Of a stretch of DNA of 64,000 nucleotides, positions 27,636 to 36,089 are shown in pieces. Made by a program: the position numbers and the translations under genes. Every line of letters starts with the position of its first letter. Position 1 is the stretch's first letter. Below the pieces are notes generated by a model. It was not told where the DNA came from and did no database searches. It worked only from the letters and a program-made list of their open reading frames with translations. This DNA comes from Bacillota bacterium. Its GTDB lineage: Bacteria > Patescibacteriota > Patescibacteriia > Patescibacteriales > UBA12465. The stretch lies in assembly GCA_050259635.1 (NCBI GenBank), contig JBLNBA010000004.1, positions 75,005 through 139,004 on the forward strand, in the 5' to 3' direction.

Positions 27636-28828
27636 AATTTGACCTCTTTTAGTTTGTTAAGATAGATCGCGGCGGCTTCGCGGCGGCAGGGGTGCAGGCT
27701 GGCTACCAATTCGCTTTCCTTTACCCAGCGCCACGCCATATGGTCCCAGTGCTTTATATTAAATTCGCCGTCTTCGCCGTTGAATCGGCAAATGAGCAAG
27801 CCTTGCGCTTGTCCCTTATAACCGAAATGCCTCTGTTTGCGGGGGTTAGCGTATTTGCCGCTTTCTTTGTCAAAGTCATATTTATAAAGATCCGGTAAAG
27901 AGGCAATAATCGAAAAGCTGGAAGCGCCGCTTTCTTCTCTCAGTTCTTTTTCGCCTGCTTGTTCTAAGCTAAGGTCATCCAGTCCTCCTTGGGGCAGCTG
28001 CCAGTGGCCGGGCTCTCCTTGCCGCTCGACCGTGAAGATAAATTTTTCGCCGCTCTCTTGTTTGAATAGTAAGATTGCCACATTGGGGCGGTATTTATTT
28101 GGTAAGATATAAAGCCAGCGGATCAACTGCCAGCCAAACACGACCGTGGCTCGATAGATGCGCTTAAGGCGGGAAGGCTGTTGGATGAGGCGCCAGAGCC
28201 ATTCGATGCCTAAGCGGCGGAAAATGAGCGGAGCGCGGCTCACACGTCCGGTAAGGAAATCAAAAGCGCCGCCAAGTCCGGCGGAAACCGGCAGTTTCCC
28301 GAGAGCCGCGCGGAGATGGAATAGATATTTCTCCTGGAAAGGGGCTCCGAAAGTACAAATAGCAAGATCGGGTTCCTGCTCTTTTATCAGCGTTGCCTCT
28401 TTTTGGGAGGGATGATCTTTCCGGTCGATATCGAGAACCGTAGCTTGGAGGTTGGGAAACCTTTTATGGAGGGCTGACAAGATATCTTGCGCGCTGGAAA
28501 GACCGTCGCGGCGATTAATCACCAATACTTTCCGGTTATTATTTTCCGCATCTTGAAGAAGCTCGGGCAAAAGGTCGGCGCCGGTAAGGCGGGAAAGCGG
28601 CTGCCGACTGAGTAAGGCGGCTATCTGCAAGCCGAAGCCATCCGCTAAGGATAATTCTGCTTGGTTTAGGATATAGAATAATTCCTCGTCTTCATCGGCG
28701 CTGAGGATGATTTCGGGGTTAGGGGTGACGATCAGATGGGAATTGCCTGATAAATAAAAAGCGCTGATCGCGCTTAACGCTTCAGCCTTCCCTTTGCCGT
28801 CTATGTTGATGCCTAGTATGTTAGCCAT
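27632..28828 (-). CDS. fusion protein: WecB/TagA/CpsF (GT26) glycosyltransferase plus a C-terminal NUDIX hydrolase
   Basis: GT26 motifs 'IVTPNPEIIL', 'LADGFGLQ', 'FGAPFQEKY' and 'RAPLIFRRLGIEWLWRLIQQPSRLKR'. A Nudix box follows: 'QGGLDDLSLEQAGEKELREESG'. Confidence 0.8.
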   Translation of the reverse strand: MANILGINIDGKGKAEALSAISAFYLSGNSHLIVTPNPEIILSADEDEELFYILNQAELSLADGFGLQIAALLSRQPLSRLTGADLLPELLQDAENNNRKVLVINRRDGLSSAQDILSALHKRFPNLQATVLDIDRKDHPSQKEATLIKEQEPDLAICTFGAPFQEKYLFHLRAALGKLPVSAGLGGAFDFLTGRVSRAPLIFRRLGIEWLWRLIQQPSRLKRIYRATVVFGWQLIRWLYILPNKYRPNVAILLFKQESGEKFIFTVERQGEPGHWQLPQGGLDDLSLEQAGEKELREESGASSFSIIASLPDLYKYDFDKESGKYANPRKQRHFGYKGQAQGLLICRFNGEDGEFNIKHWDHMAWRWVKESELVASLHPCRREAAAIYLNKLKEVKL

Positions 28829-28932
28829 AAAGCCTTTGAAGCTCTTGCATTATCTGTTATAATCTTAGCAGATACAGCTATATTTTATTACAAATCGGAA
28901 GCGCCGTCAAAAAGGGCGCTCGAGCAAGCGAT

Positions 28933-29898
28933 ATGTCCAATTATAAGAAGGAAAGCGGTAAGATCGAAACTTTGACCATCGATCGTCCGGGCACAGAAAA
29001 TGCCTTGCGCTGGATTAATATCGTCGATGCCGGGAAGAAGGAGATCGAGTATCTGCGCAAGCAGTTCGGTTTCAATCTCGAACATCTGCGGGCTTCAACC
29101 GCCAATTCGTTTTCGCAACGCCCGATGGTCGCGGAAGAAAACGGTTATCTTTTCCTTATCCTTCACTTCCCTACTTACTTCAAGGGCCGGATAATTGCGG
29201 GTGAAATCGAGTTCTTCATCAGCCATGGTTATCTTGTTGTCCTTCATAACGACAATATCCCTGCCTTAGTGGATTTCTTCAATACCGCCAAGAAGGACCA
29301 GAACGGCCTGCTTTCTTACGGGACGGAATCTTCCGCTACTTTGCTATACGAGATTCTGGATCGCCTCCTCCAATCCTGCTATTCTCTCATCGATCGCAAT
29401 AGCATCGAGATCGATTCGGTGGAAAATTTGATCTTCGATAAACACTCAAAAGAAGCGGTGGAGCATATTCTCAATCTTCGCCGGAATATCATCAACATCC
29501 GCAAGATCATGCAGAATCATAAGAATATTTTACAGAAGCTCATGACCATGGAGAGTGGTCTTGTGCCCGCCTCTGAGCTCAAGATCCAATACGGACGCTT
29601 AGTGGATCATTCCAAGCGGATCTGGGAGATGCTGGATAATCAGAAGGAGATGGTTGAGGTATTAAATGATACCAACGAATCATTGTTGAATGACCGGATG
29701 AGCACAATCATGAAGACCCTCACCCTTTTCTCAGTCATCGTCTATCCTCTTAGTCTTATGGCGGGCATATTCGGGATGAACGCCAAATATATGCCCTTTG
29801 TTGATGGCCATTATGGGTTCTGGGTAATCTTGGCAATTATGGCTCTCGGATCATGGCTGATGTTATCATATTTCCGCAGGAAGCATTGGCTCGATTAA
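28933..29898 (+). CDS. corA: CorA-family magnesium/cobalt transporter
   Basis: Two C-terminal TM helices with the signature 'GIFGMNAKYMP'. Confidence 0.9.
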   Translation: MSNYKKESGKIETLTIDRPGTENALRWINIVDAGKKEIEYLRKQFGFNLEHLRASTANSFSQRPMVAEENGYLFLILHFPTYFKGRIIAGEIEFFISHGYLVVLHNDNIPALVDFFNTAKKDQNGLLSYGTESSATLLYEILDRLLQSCYSLIDRNSIEIDSVENLIFDKHSKEAVEHILNLRRNIINIRKIMQNHKNILQKLMTMESGLVPASELKIQYGRLVDHSKRIWEMLDNQKEMVEVLNDTNESLLNDRMSTIMKTLTLFSVIVYPLSLMAGIFGMNAKYMPFVDGHYGFWVILAIMALGSWLMLSYFRRKHWLD

Positions 29899-29916
29899 AA
29901 TTTATCTATTATTATT

Positions 29917-29948
29917 AAAAAAAGCCCTATATTTCCAGGGTCTTTTTT
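29917..29948 (+). terminator. corA terminator
   Basis: Sequence 'aaaaaaagccctatatttccagggtctttttt'. Confidence 0.7.
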
Positions 29949-29962
29949 ATTATCCAATTTGC

Positions 29963-30033
29963 TTGACAGGAATTAAAAAATTTGCTATTATACTAGGTTA
30001 TTTATTGACATTTTGGTCATTAACTGATATACT
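29963..30033 (+). promoter_or_regulatory. two tandem sigma70-like promoters upstream of the GT4 gene
   Basis: TTGACA (29963), 17 nt, TATTAT (29986). TTGACA (30005), 17 nt, TATACT (30028). Confidence 0.45.
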
Positions 30034-30052
30034 TTTTAGTTAGTTTGAATTT

Positions 30053-31177
30053 ATGAGAATCGCCTTCATCGGGCAAAAAGGAATCCCAGCTCAAAGCGGC
30101 GGCGTCGAGCGTCACGTAGAGTTTTTGGCAAAAGAAATCCTTGCGTATGGCCACGAGGTGCTTGCCTATAGCCGTAAGGGGTACAATGAAGTAAAAATTT
30201 CTAGCTTTAAAGGAATCCAGATTAAAGAGGTTCCTTTTATTAACTCAAAGAACTTTGCGAGCATCACTCAGAATTTTTTTGCTTCCGTAGACGTAATCTT
30301 TCGTCGCGCTGATGTTATCCATTACCACGGAGTCGGGCCTTCTCTGCTTCTCTGGATTCCCAAAATATTCTCGCCACGTTCCCGGCTGGTGGCTACTTTG
30401 CATAGCTTCGATTACGATAATGAAAAATGGGGCACTTTCGCTCGCATGATGCTTCGCGCGGGTGAAAGGATAATGTTCGCTTTAGCCGACGATATCATCG
30501 TCCTTACGCCGGCTATGCGCGAGTATGCGCATAAGAAGTATGGCCGGAATGCAAGCCTTATTCCCAACGGCACTGAAATTGATGCTGTAGAAGGTTCTGA
30601 CATCCTGTTGCCTTGGGGCCTGCGCCCGAAAGGATATATCTTCAGCGCCTCCCGTTTGATTAAGCTTAAAGGCATCCAATATCTAATTGAAGCCTTCCGC
30701 CACATAGATACAGACCTGAATCTGGTAATCGCTGGAGATGGCGAATATGAAGAAGAATTGCGCAATCTAGCCCAGGGGGATAAGCGCATCATCTTTGTGG
30801 GCAAGCAGAGCGGGAATGCGCTCCGCCAGTTATATGCGAACTCCTTGATCTTCGTGCAGTCTTCCGAAATGGAGGGCTTGTCGTTATCATTGCTCGAAGC
30901 CATGGGAAGCGCCTGCATGTGCATTGCCAGTGATATTCCGGGCAACCGTGAGGCTTTAGCCGATTGCGGATACTATTTCCAAAGCCAGGATGCTAGGGAG
31001 CTCGAGGAAAAGATCCGTCTTGCGCTTTCCGATTCCGAAAAAGCGGCAGAGATGGCAAAGGCAGCCTATGACCGGGCTGCACAGAATTTCAATTGGGAAT
31101 ATGTAGCCAGTTCGATGAATGAAGTCTATGCCGCCGGAGAGTCCAGGAACGTTTTGCTTAATCATCAAGAAGATTAA
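30053..31177 (+). CDS. glycosyltransferase family 4 (GT-B fold)
   Basis: Sequences 'GGVERHV' and the EX7E region 'SEMEGLSLSLLEAMGSACMCIASDIPGNRE'. Confidence 0.85.
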   Translation: MRIAFIGQKGIPAQSGGVERHVEFLAKEILAYGHEVLAYSRKGYNEVKISSFKGIQIKEVPFINSKNFASITQNFFASVDVIFRRADVIHYHGVGPSLLLWIPKIFSPRSRLVATLHSFDYDNEKWGTFARMMLRAGERIMFALADDIIVLTPAMREYAHKKYGRNASLIPNGTEIDAVEGSDILLPWGLRPKGYIFSASRLIKLKGIQYLIEAFRHIDTDLNLVIAGDGEYEEELRNLAQGDKRIIFVGKQSGNALRQLYANSLIFVQSSEMEGLSLSLLEAMGSACMCIASDIPGNREALADCGYYFQSQDARELEEKIRLALSDSEKAAEMAKAAYDRAAQNFNWEYVASSMNEVYAAGESRNVLLNHQED

Positions 31178-31233
31178 GGAATTAGTCTTTTTGAGAGTTA
31201 ATCAAATAGTCGCACATTTAAAAATGAAAGGAA

Positions 31234-32409
31234 ATGAAAAAAAGCCTCTGGATTATTTTGGCCGGATTATTTATCTTGGCATTATCGAGCTGCGAGAAGC
31301 TTGATGAAGATTATCAGAATCTACCCGATCCGTCGGAAAACGATGGAACTCTCTCCCTTAAATCATCTTCCGCATTTATCGAGGGTGATACTATCTTCAC
31401 CTTGGTGAACCAGGCCACAACCTGCAAGATTGAAACTACCTTCATATCGCCTTCAAATTACACGGTGACTCCATCGGTAGGCAATCCTTATGTTGTGACC
31501 GATGAGGGATATTTCACCTTTAATCTGGTCTCTGTCGGCTTGTCATCTTTGACGGTCACAGCTACCGATTTGCAAGGAGCAGTGCACACCCGAACCTATA
31601 TCGTGAAGGCAATGTCCTCTTTGGACGAAATGGGACCAGTCAGGTTCATCTCTTCCACGTCGAATGGGTCGGGCGGATACAATATCGTATTTGCGGTCTA
31701 CAAGAATGCGATGTTATTAGACCAAAATAGTTTCGGTTATGTCGGTTCCGGTACTCAGTGGACGCCAATGGCTATTGCGCCAGCTGATACTAATTATCGG
31801 ATTGGTGCAAACAACACCATTATCGCCGTTCCTCCGACCACCCAGTATGCTTCTTGGATTGCCGTGAGGTGCACCAATATTCCCGGAGACTATATGATGG
31901 GAGTGGGAAAATTCAATTCAACCAACACCACATTGCAGTATTGGGGAAACTTCCTCGGTTCGCAATATGCTACCGATCCGGCAAACACGACCATGCTGTA
32001 CTACACCGTCCATCCTAATGGAGCGGTAACGCCTCCTGGTGGGACGACAACCGAGTTGCCGGGCAAGATCGGAGACGCAGGTCCTAATGGAGCGGTAAGG
32101 CTTGAACAGAACCCTGATGATACCTGGACATTATTCGTGAATAACGGTGCTGCCTTTAGCACCCTGGCCTCCCCATTCTTTAGCATCTATTCTAATGATG
32201 TCTGGGGCCAACCCGTCGCTCAGCAACCCGTCACCGGATATCCGAATTGGGGCAAGATGGTTATTACCGCTGACATGTTTGTCAATTATGGCAGCAACAC
32301 TAGTAGTCCCACGGCTTTCAATCCATTATCCGAAGGATCAATGTTCTATGATTCCAGATACAACGCCCTTTCAATAGGAGTTGGTAATCTAAGCGTCCTT
32401 AATAAGTAA
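31234..32409 (+). CDS. predicted lipoprotein, unknown function (paralog of 32530..33306)
   Basis: Signal peptide with lipobox 'ALSSC', followed by an acidic stretch 'EKLDEDY'. It is collinear with the next ORF, for example 'VRFISSTSNGSGGYNIVFA' versus 'VRWISSIKNGSSYDVTFA' and 'TMLYYTVHPNGAVTP' versus 'TMLYYTLDSNGNVTP'. Confidence 0.7.
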   Translation: MKKSLWIILAGLFILALSSCEKLDEDYQNLPDPSENDGTLSLKSSSAFIEGDTIFTLVNQATTCKIETTFISPSNYTVTPSVGNPYVVTDEGYFTFNLVSVGLSSLTVTATDLQGAVHTRTYIVKAMSSLDEMGPVRFISSTSNGSGGYNIVFAVYKNAMLLDQNSFGYVGSGTQWTPMAIAPADTNYRIGANNTIIAVPPTTQYASWIAVRCTNIPGDYMMGVGKFNSTNTTLQYWGNFLGSQYATDPANTTMLYYTVHPNGAVTPPGGTTTELPGKIGDAGPNGAVRLEQNPDDTWTLFVNNGAAFSTLASPFFSIYSNDVWGQPVAQQPVTGYPNWGKMVITADMFVNYGSNTSSPTAFNPLSEGSMFYDSRYNALSIGVGNLSVLNK

Positions 32410-32415
32410 ATGAAG

Positions 32416-32445
32416 GCCCTGCAAAAAACATGCAGGGCTTTTTTT
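32416..32445 (+). terminator. terminator of lipoprotein gene 1
   Basis: Sequence 'gccctgcaaaaaacatgcagggcttttttt': an 8-bp stem plus a T7 tract. Confidence 0.85.
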
Positions 32446-32529
32446 ATTTCCCTTCTTGACGTTTTGACAGAAAGCTGGTAAGCTATAGGCCAATCCACCA
32501 AATCATTGTTCATTTTAAAATTGAAAGAC

Positions 32530-33306
32530 ATGTTACGAAAAGAAATGTTGATTTTAGTAATCGGGCTTGTTGCCCTGTTTACCGCCTGCGAAAAGATCGG
32601 CGATAGCAACAAGGATGATGGAGAATATATTATTCTTAAATCGACCGAAGCCACGATCAGGAATGACTCGATCTTTACCCCGCTTGGACGCGACGTGTCC
32701 TTTTGGATAGAAACGTCCTTCCCTTCTCCTGTTTATGATGTGATCATCTCGAACGGTTACGACCCGGCGGTCAGCAGTTTAGGCGTGTTTACTGCCAGAT
32801 GGACCGAATTCGGCATTACAGCCTTAACCGTGATCGCTAAAGACCTTAATGGCGCCACTTACTCTAAGGTGTATATCGTGAAAGCAGGTGATTATTCTGC
32901 GGGCGGGGGTGTTCTGGTCCGATGGATTTCTTCGATTAAGAACGGCTCATCTTACGATGTTACTTTCGCCCTCCAAAAAAGCGGTATGATCCGCAACAAG
33001 CAGAATTACGCTTACGTCGGCACTAATGTCGGCTGGCAATGGCCAATAACGATTTCTAGCTACGATACGAACTATCGCCTTGCGGATAACAATACCCTGG
33101 AACGCGTGTATAATGAATTTGCTCCGTGGATTTCAGTCAGGGTCACCAATGTACCTGGAAATTACCGGATGGGCGTCGGTAAGTATGATGCTAATGGGAA
33201 ACTGATCTGGGGAAGCTTCCCTGGGTCAAGCTATGCTCTCGATGCCGCTGATCCCACTATGCTCTATTACACCCTTGATTCCAATGGGAATGTTACTCCG
33301 AATTAA
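32530..33306 (+). CDS. predicted lipoprotein, unknown function (shorter paralog of 31234..32409)
   Basis: The start is taken at ATG 32530 ('MLRKEMLILVIGLVALFTAC'). It has a lipobox-like 'FTAC' followed by 'EKIGDSNKDDGE'. Confidence 0.7.
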   Translation: MLRKEMLILVIGLVALFTACEKIGDSNKDDGEYIILKSTEATIRNDSIFTPLGRDVSFWIETSFPSPVYDVIISNGYDPAVSSLGVFTARWTEFGITALTVIAKDLNGATYSKVYIVKAGDYSAGGGVLVRWISSIKNGSSYDVTFALQKSGMIRNKQNYAYVGTNVGWQWPITISSYDTNYRLADNNTLERVYNEFAPWISVRVTNVPGNYRMGVGKYDANGKLIWGSFPGSSYALDAADPTMLYYTLDSNGNVTPN

Positions 33307-33312
33307 GCTATC

Positions 33313-33340
33313 AGCCCTGTAAAGAAAGCAGGGCTTTTTT
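33313..33340 (+). terminator. terminator of lipoprotein gene 2
   Basis: Sequence 'agccctgtaaagaaagcagggctttttt'. Confidence 0.85.
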
Positions 33341-33345
33341 AATAG

Positions 33346-33376
33346 AAAAACCCCCACAAGCATTTGCTTGAGGGGG
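33346..33376 (-). terminator. terminator of the minus-strand operon ending at 33403
   Basis: The minus strand reads 'ccccctcaagcaaatgcttgtgggggttttt'. Confidence 0.8.
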
Positions 33377-33402
33377 CTAAGAAGTAATACATTTCAATAC
33401 TC

Positions 33403-34173
33403 TTAGAACTGAGGGGAGGAGCTGAAGTCAGCTACGTAGAAGTTCCCTTCCTTATAAGCTGGTATCCAGGTCGACCAGTGGTTGTAGTCGCAACCGACCG
33501 ATACTCCGTATTCATTAGCTCCATATCGGTCCAGGATTTCAGCATCGATATAGATTTTTCGGTCATCCGTCGGTGCGAAGAGCAGGCCGTCGATTTGGGA
33601 AACAGGAGGCATTTTGATGTTGTGTCCGTCTCCTGAAAAATTTATGATGGTGTTATTAATCACATCGCCATTATCTAGGCCGATTTGTGGCCAGTAGTTC
33701 TGACCGACTTTGACGCAGAATTCAACGTTTTTAGGACCTCCTTCCTTAATTCTTGTGGCTACCGCAGGTCTGTCGGCAGATAAGAATTCGGATTCGAGAT
33801 TTTGAGCCGGAGCCTTCCTAACGGATTTCTTCATAGTTGATCCTGAGGATCGTACCTTTTTAGTGGTAGTTGTAGTCTGGCTAACGCTTTGGTTCTGCTT
33901 TGTCATCTCGACCTGATAGCAATCCAGCGCATCCTGGTAATCCTGATAAGCAACCCTGGCTTCATTGAGTTCTTTGGCATATGCCTTGGCATAATATGCC
34001 GTGTCACACCTGTCTGTCGGACCGGCGATGTTAGCAGACGGCTGTTCTATAGAGGAGATGGGCCTTTCTGTTTTTGCATTCTTTCCCTGCTGTATCATCC
34101 AAGGGATAAGAAAGATAAGGGCGATGAATATAACAGCGCCGATAAGTGCGTAAAAAACTTGATTTCTTCTCAT
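33403..34173 (-). CDS. hypothetical membrane-anchored protein
   Basis: 256 aa with an N-terminal TM helix ('VFYALIGAVIFIALIFLIPWMI'), a Thr/Ser/Lys linker and a C-terminal globular domain. No motif assigned. Confidence 0.6.
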   Translation of the reverse strand: MRRNQVFYALIGAVIFIALIFLIPWMIQQGKNAKTERPISSIEQPSANIAGPTDRCDTAYYAKAYAKELNEARVAYQDYQDALDCYQVEMTKQNQSVSQTTTTTKKVRSSGSTMKKSVRKAPAQNLESEFLSADRPAVATRIKEGGPKNVEFCVKVGQNYWPQIGLDNGDVINNTIINFSGDGHNIKMPPVSQIDGLLFAPTDDRKIYIDAEILDRYGANEYGVSVGCDYNHWSTWIPAYKEGNFYVADFSSSPQF

Positions 34174-34205
34174 GATTTACTGATTTTTTGTGTTACTGAT
34201 ATTGG

Positions 34206-35078
34206 TTAATATTTCTTAAATAGCGCAATTAAGTTTACACTCCCCATGAGGAAGTGAAGAGTCCTCGGCTGATAGCCAGGTTTTTCGGGGATGTCTTTCT
34301 TAGCCATATAGCTGAGAGTGAAGAAGTCATCGGCATATATCTTGCGTATGCCAGCTTCTATGATCCAAGCTTTGGCATCCGGCCCGCTGTAGCGGCTGTA
34401 CTGGAAGCCAATTTTCGGCTGTAGAAATAATTCATAACTCAAAGGGATGTCGTAGATGCTCTGTTTAAACAGAATATCGGTCGATGTCTTATCCCACGGA
34501 GCAGTTTCCGTCCTTTTTTTGTTTATTATGGTTTCGCGAGCGCTTTTCTGCGGCGCCTGATGTGTTATGATTAGCTGGGTCCTGGGGAGCCAGCGAGTCA
34601 TGCCATAATCGTGTTTCAGGAGGTTTAAGTTAAGGATCCCGATTACGAGATCGTCATTTTGTAAGGACTGGTCTCGTGTGGCGGATTGCCATATTCCCTT
34701 CTCGGAAATATGCTTATATCCGATTGCGCCTCCTATATAGAGGGCATGGACGAAGCCAACGATGTCGTCGTAATATCCTCCGGTCAGGCCGAAGGCAACT
34801 TCATGGGCCGTTGATTTGAATTTATCTTCGGTGTTTTCCCACTTTGGCCGTGAGTATAAGCCCCATAGGCCTAAGTTGAACGCTTCGTCTGCAGATCGGA
34901 ATAATGCCACATCGGCGTAAACCCCTTTCCAACCTCCTCTGATGATACTGCTGTCCACTTCGCTGAATTGTCCGGCGAATAGGACGAGGTTGGAGTGACG
35001 CCATTGCATGGGCGTCGCTTGTCCGCTAGCCCTTAGGCTACCGACAATACAAAGCAGGATGAACAGAAACTGTTTCAT
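34206..35078 (-). CDS. hypothetical secreted beta-rich protein (possible beta-barrel)
   Basis: 290 aa with cleavable-type signal 'MKQFLFILLCIVGSLRASGQ'. It has alternating hydrophobic/polar, Gly/Tyr-rich segments and a terminal aromatic residue (..FKKY). Confidence 0.55.
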   Translation of the reverse strand: MKQFLFILLCIVGSLRASGQATPMQWRHSNLVLFAGQFSEVDSSIIRGGWKGVYADVALFRSADEAFNLGLWGLYSRPKWENTEDKFKSTAHEVAFGLTGGYYDDIVGFVHALYIGGAIGYKHISEKGIWQSATRDQSLQNDDLVIGILNLNLLKHDYGMTRWLPRTQLIITHQAPQKSARETIINKKRTETAPWDKTSTDILFKQSIYDIPLSYELFLQPKIGFQYSRYSGPDAKAWIIEAGIRKIYADDFFTLSYMAKKDIPEKPGYQPRTLHFLMGSVNLIALFKKY

Positions 35079-35165
35079 GATAAGTATGATTTAATTGTTA
35101 ATGATCTGGTGAATTGGGAATTCTTTCCCAGAACTGACGGCTTTACCGGCAATTCCGGAAAGGCA

Positions 35166-35957
35166 TTACCGGATGATATTTTCTATTTTGCCTTTAAAAT
35201 CGAGTGGTCTGTCTAAGGTTGTTGGTACCTGTTGCATGGGTCTGCTGGGAGTCTCCTGGTTGGGCAGGCTTTGCCAAACGGCAATGTTGGCCGCTTCCTT
35301 CTTGATCCTCATCTTCTCGCTCCGGCTTTTGCCGAATACCTTCCAGTCATATTTCTCTTCGGGGAAGATGTAGATATAGAAGAAGGAAAAGATAAGGCCG
35401 AAGATGACGGCGAGGGCCGCATTCTGGGGCAAATTCGGTTTTATAGGATAGCTCGATACGATCGGCTGATCAATGACGCTGATCTTTACCCGGTCGTTTG
35501 CGCGATAGGAAGAACTGCGGTTCATCATCACTTCGTTGACCGCTAAGGAAATCTGCTGCGCCTGAAGCGGGCTGGTGTGGTATACCTTAATCTCGACGAT
35601 GCCAGAATCGGAAATCGTCCGAGCCTTGACGGTCTCGCGCCATTTCTTGATCTGCTTGGCGCTGTTGCCGCTGAAATACCCTCGGTCTATCTGATAAGGC
35701 GTTTCAAGTGCGAGATTATAAAATGAGGCCGATCCCGTGATCTCGGAAAACAAGATGCCCAGATACTCGTTAGACCGTGAGAGCGCATAAGCATCCATTT
35801 CTTCCGTCTGTTGGCTGATAAGAAGTCTCGAAGAGGCCTCGTAGCGCAAAGGGAAAAGCAACGAGATCGACAAAGTTGCGATCAGGGCGCAAAACGTTAT
35901 CATTATAATTGTCTGCCGTTTTAATTTTACCAGCAGCAAAAATTCTTTTATATCCAT
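35166..35957 (-). CDS. Wzz/polysaccharide co-polymerase-like protein (chain-length determinant family)
   Basis: The start is taken at 'MDIKEF' (35957). It has the two-TM PCP topology ('IIMITFCALIATLSISLLF' ... 'AALAVIFGLIFSFFYIYIF') and the N-terminal signature 'PLRYEASSRLLI'. Confidence 0.55.
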   Translation of the reverse strand: MDIKEFLLLVKLKRQTIIMITFCALIATLSISLLFPLRYEASSRLLISQQTEEMDAYALSRSNEYLGILFSEITGSASFYNLALETPYQIDRGYFSGNSAKQIKKWRETVKARTISDSGIVEIKVYHTSPLQAQQISLAVNEVMMNRSSSYRANDRVKISVIDQPIVSSYPIKPNLPQNAALAVIFGLIFSFFYIYIFPEEKYDWKVFGKSRSEKMRIKKEAANIAVWQSLPNQETPSRPMQQVPTTLDRPLDFKGKIENIIR

Positions 35958-36019
35958 AGTGATTGTGATTTCTAACTTCCAAGTATAATATATTAAAATA
36001 TAATTGTCAAGTACCTGCC

Positions 36020-36048
36020 TTGACAAGTGCACTAGTTTTAGCTATAAT
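36020..36048 (+). promoter_or_regulatory. perfect consensus sigma70 promoter for ORF 36090
   Basis: TTGACA (36020..36025), 17 nt, TATAAT (36043..36048). Confidence 0.6.
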
Positions 36049-36089
36049 AGTCTGATTACTTTTAATAGACGTAGTATATAATACGATAT

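Noticed and set aside
28829-28932. Possible Mg2+ riboswitch (M-box) in front of corA.
   Set aside because: The leader is only about 70 nt with a single small hairpin. That is far too short for the M-box fold of about 160 nt.
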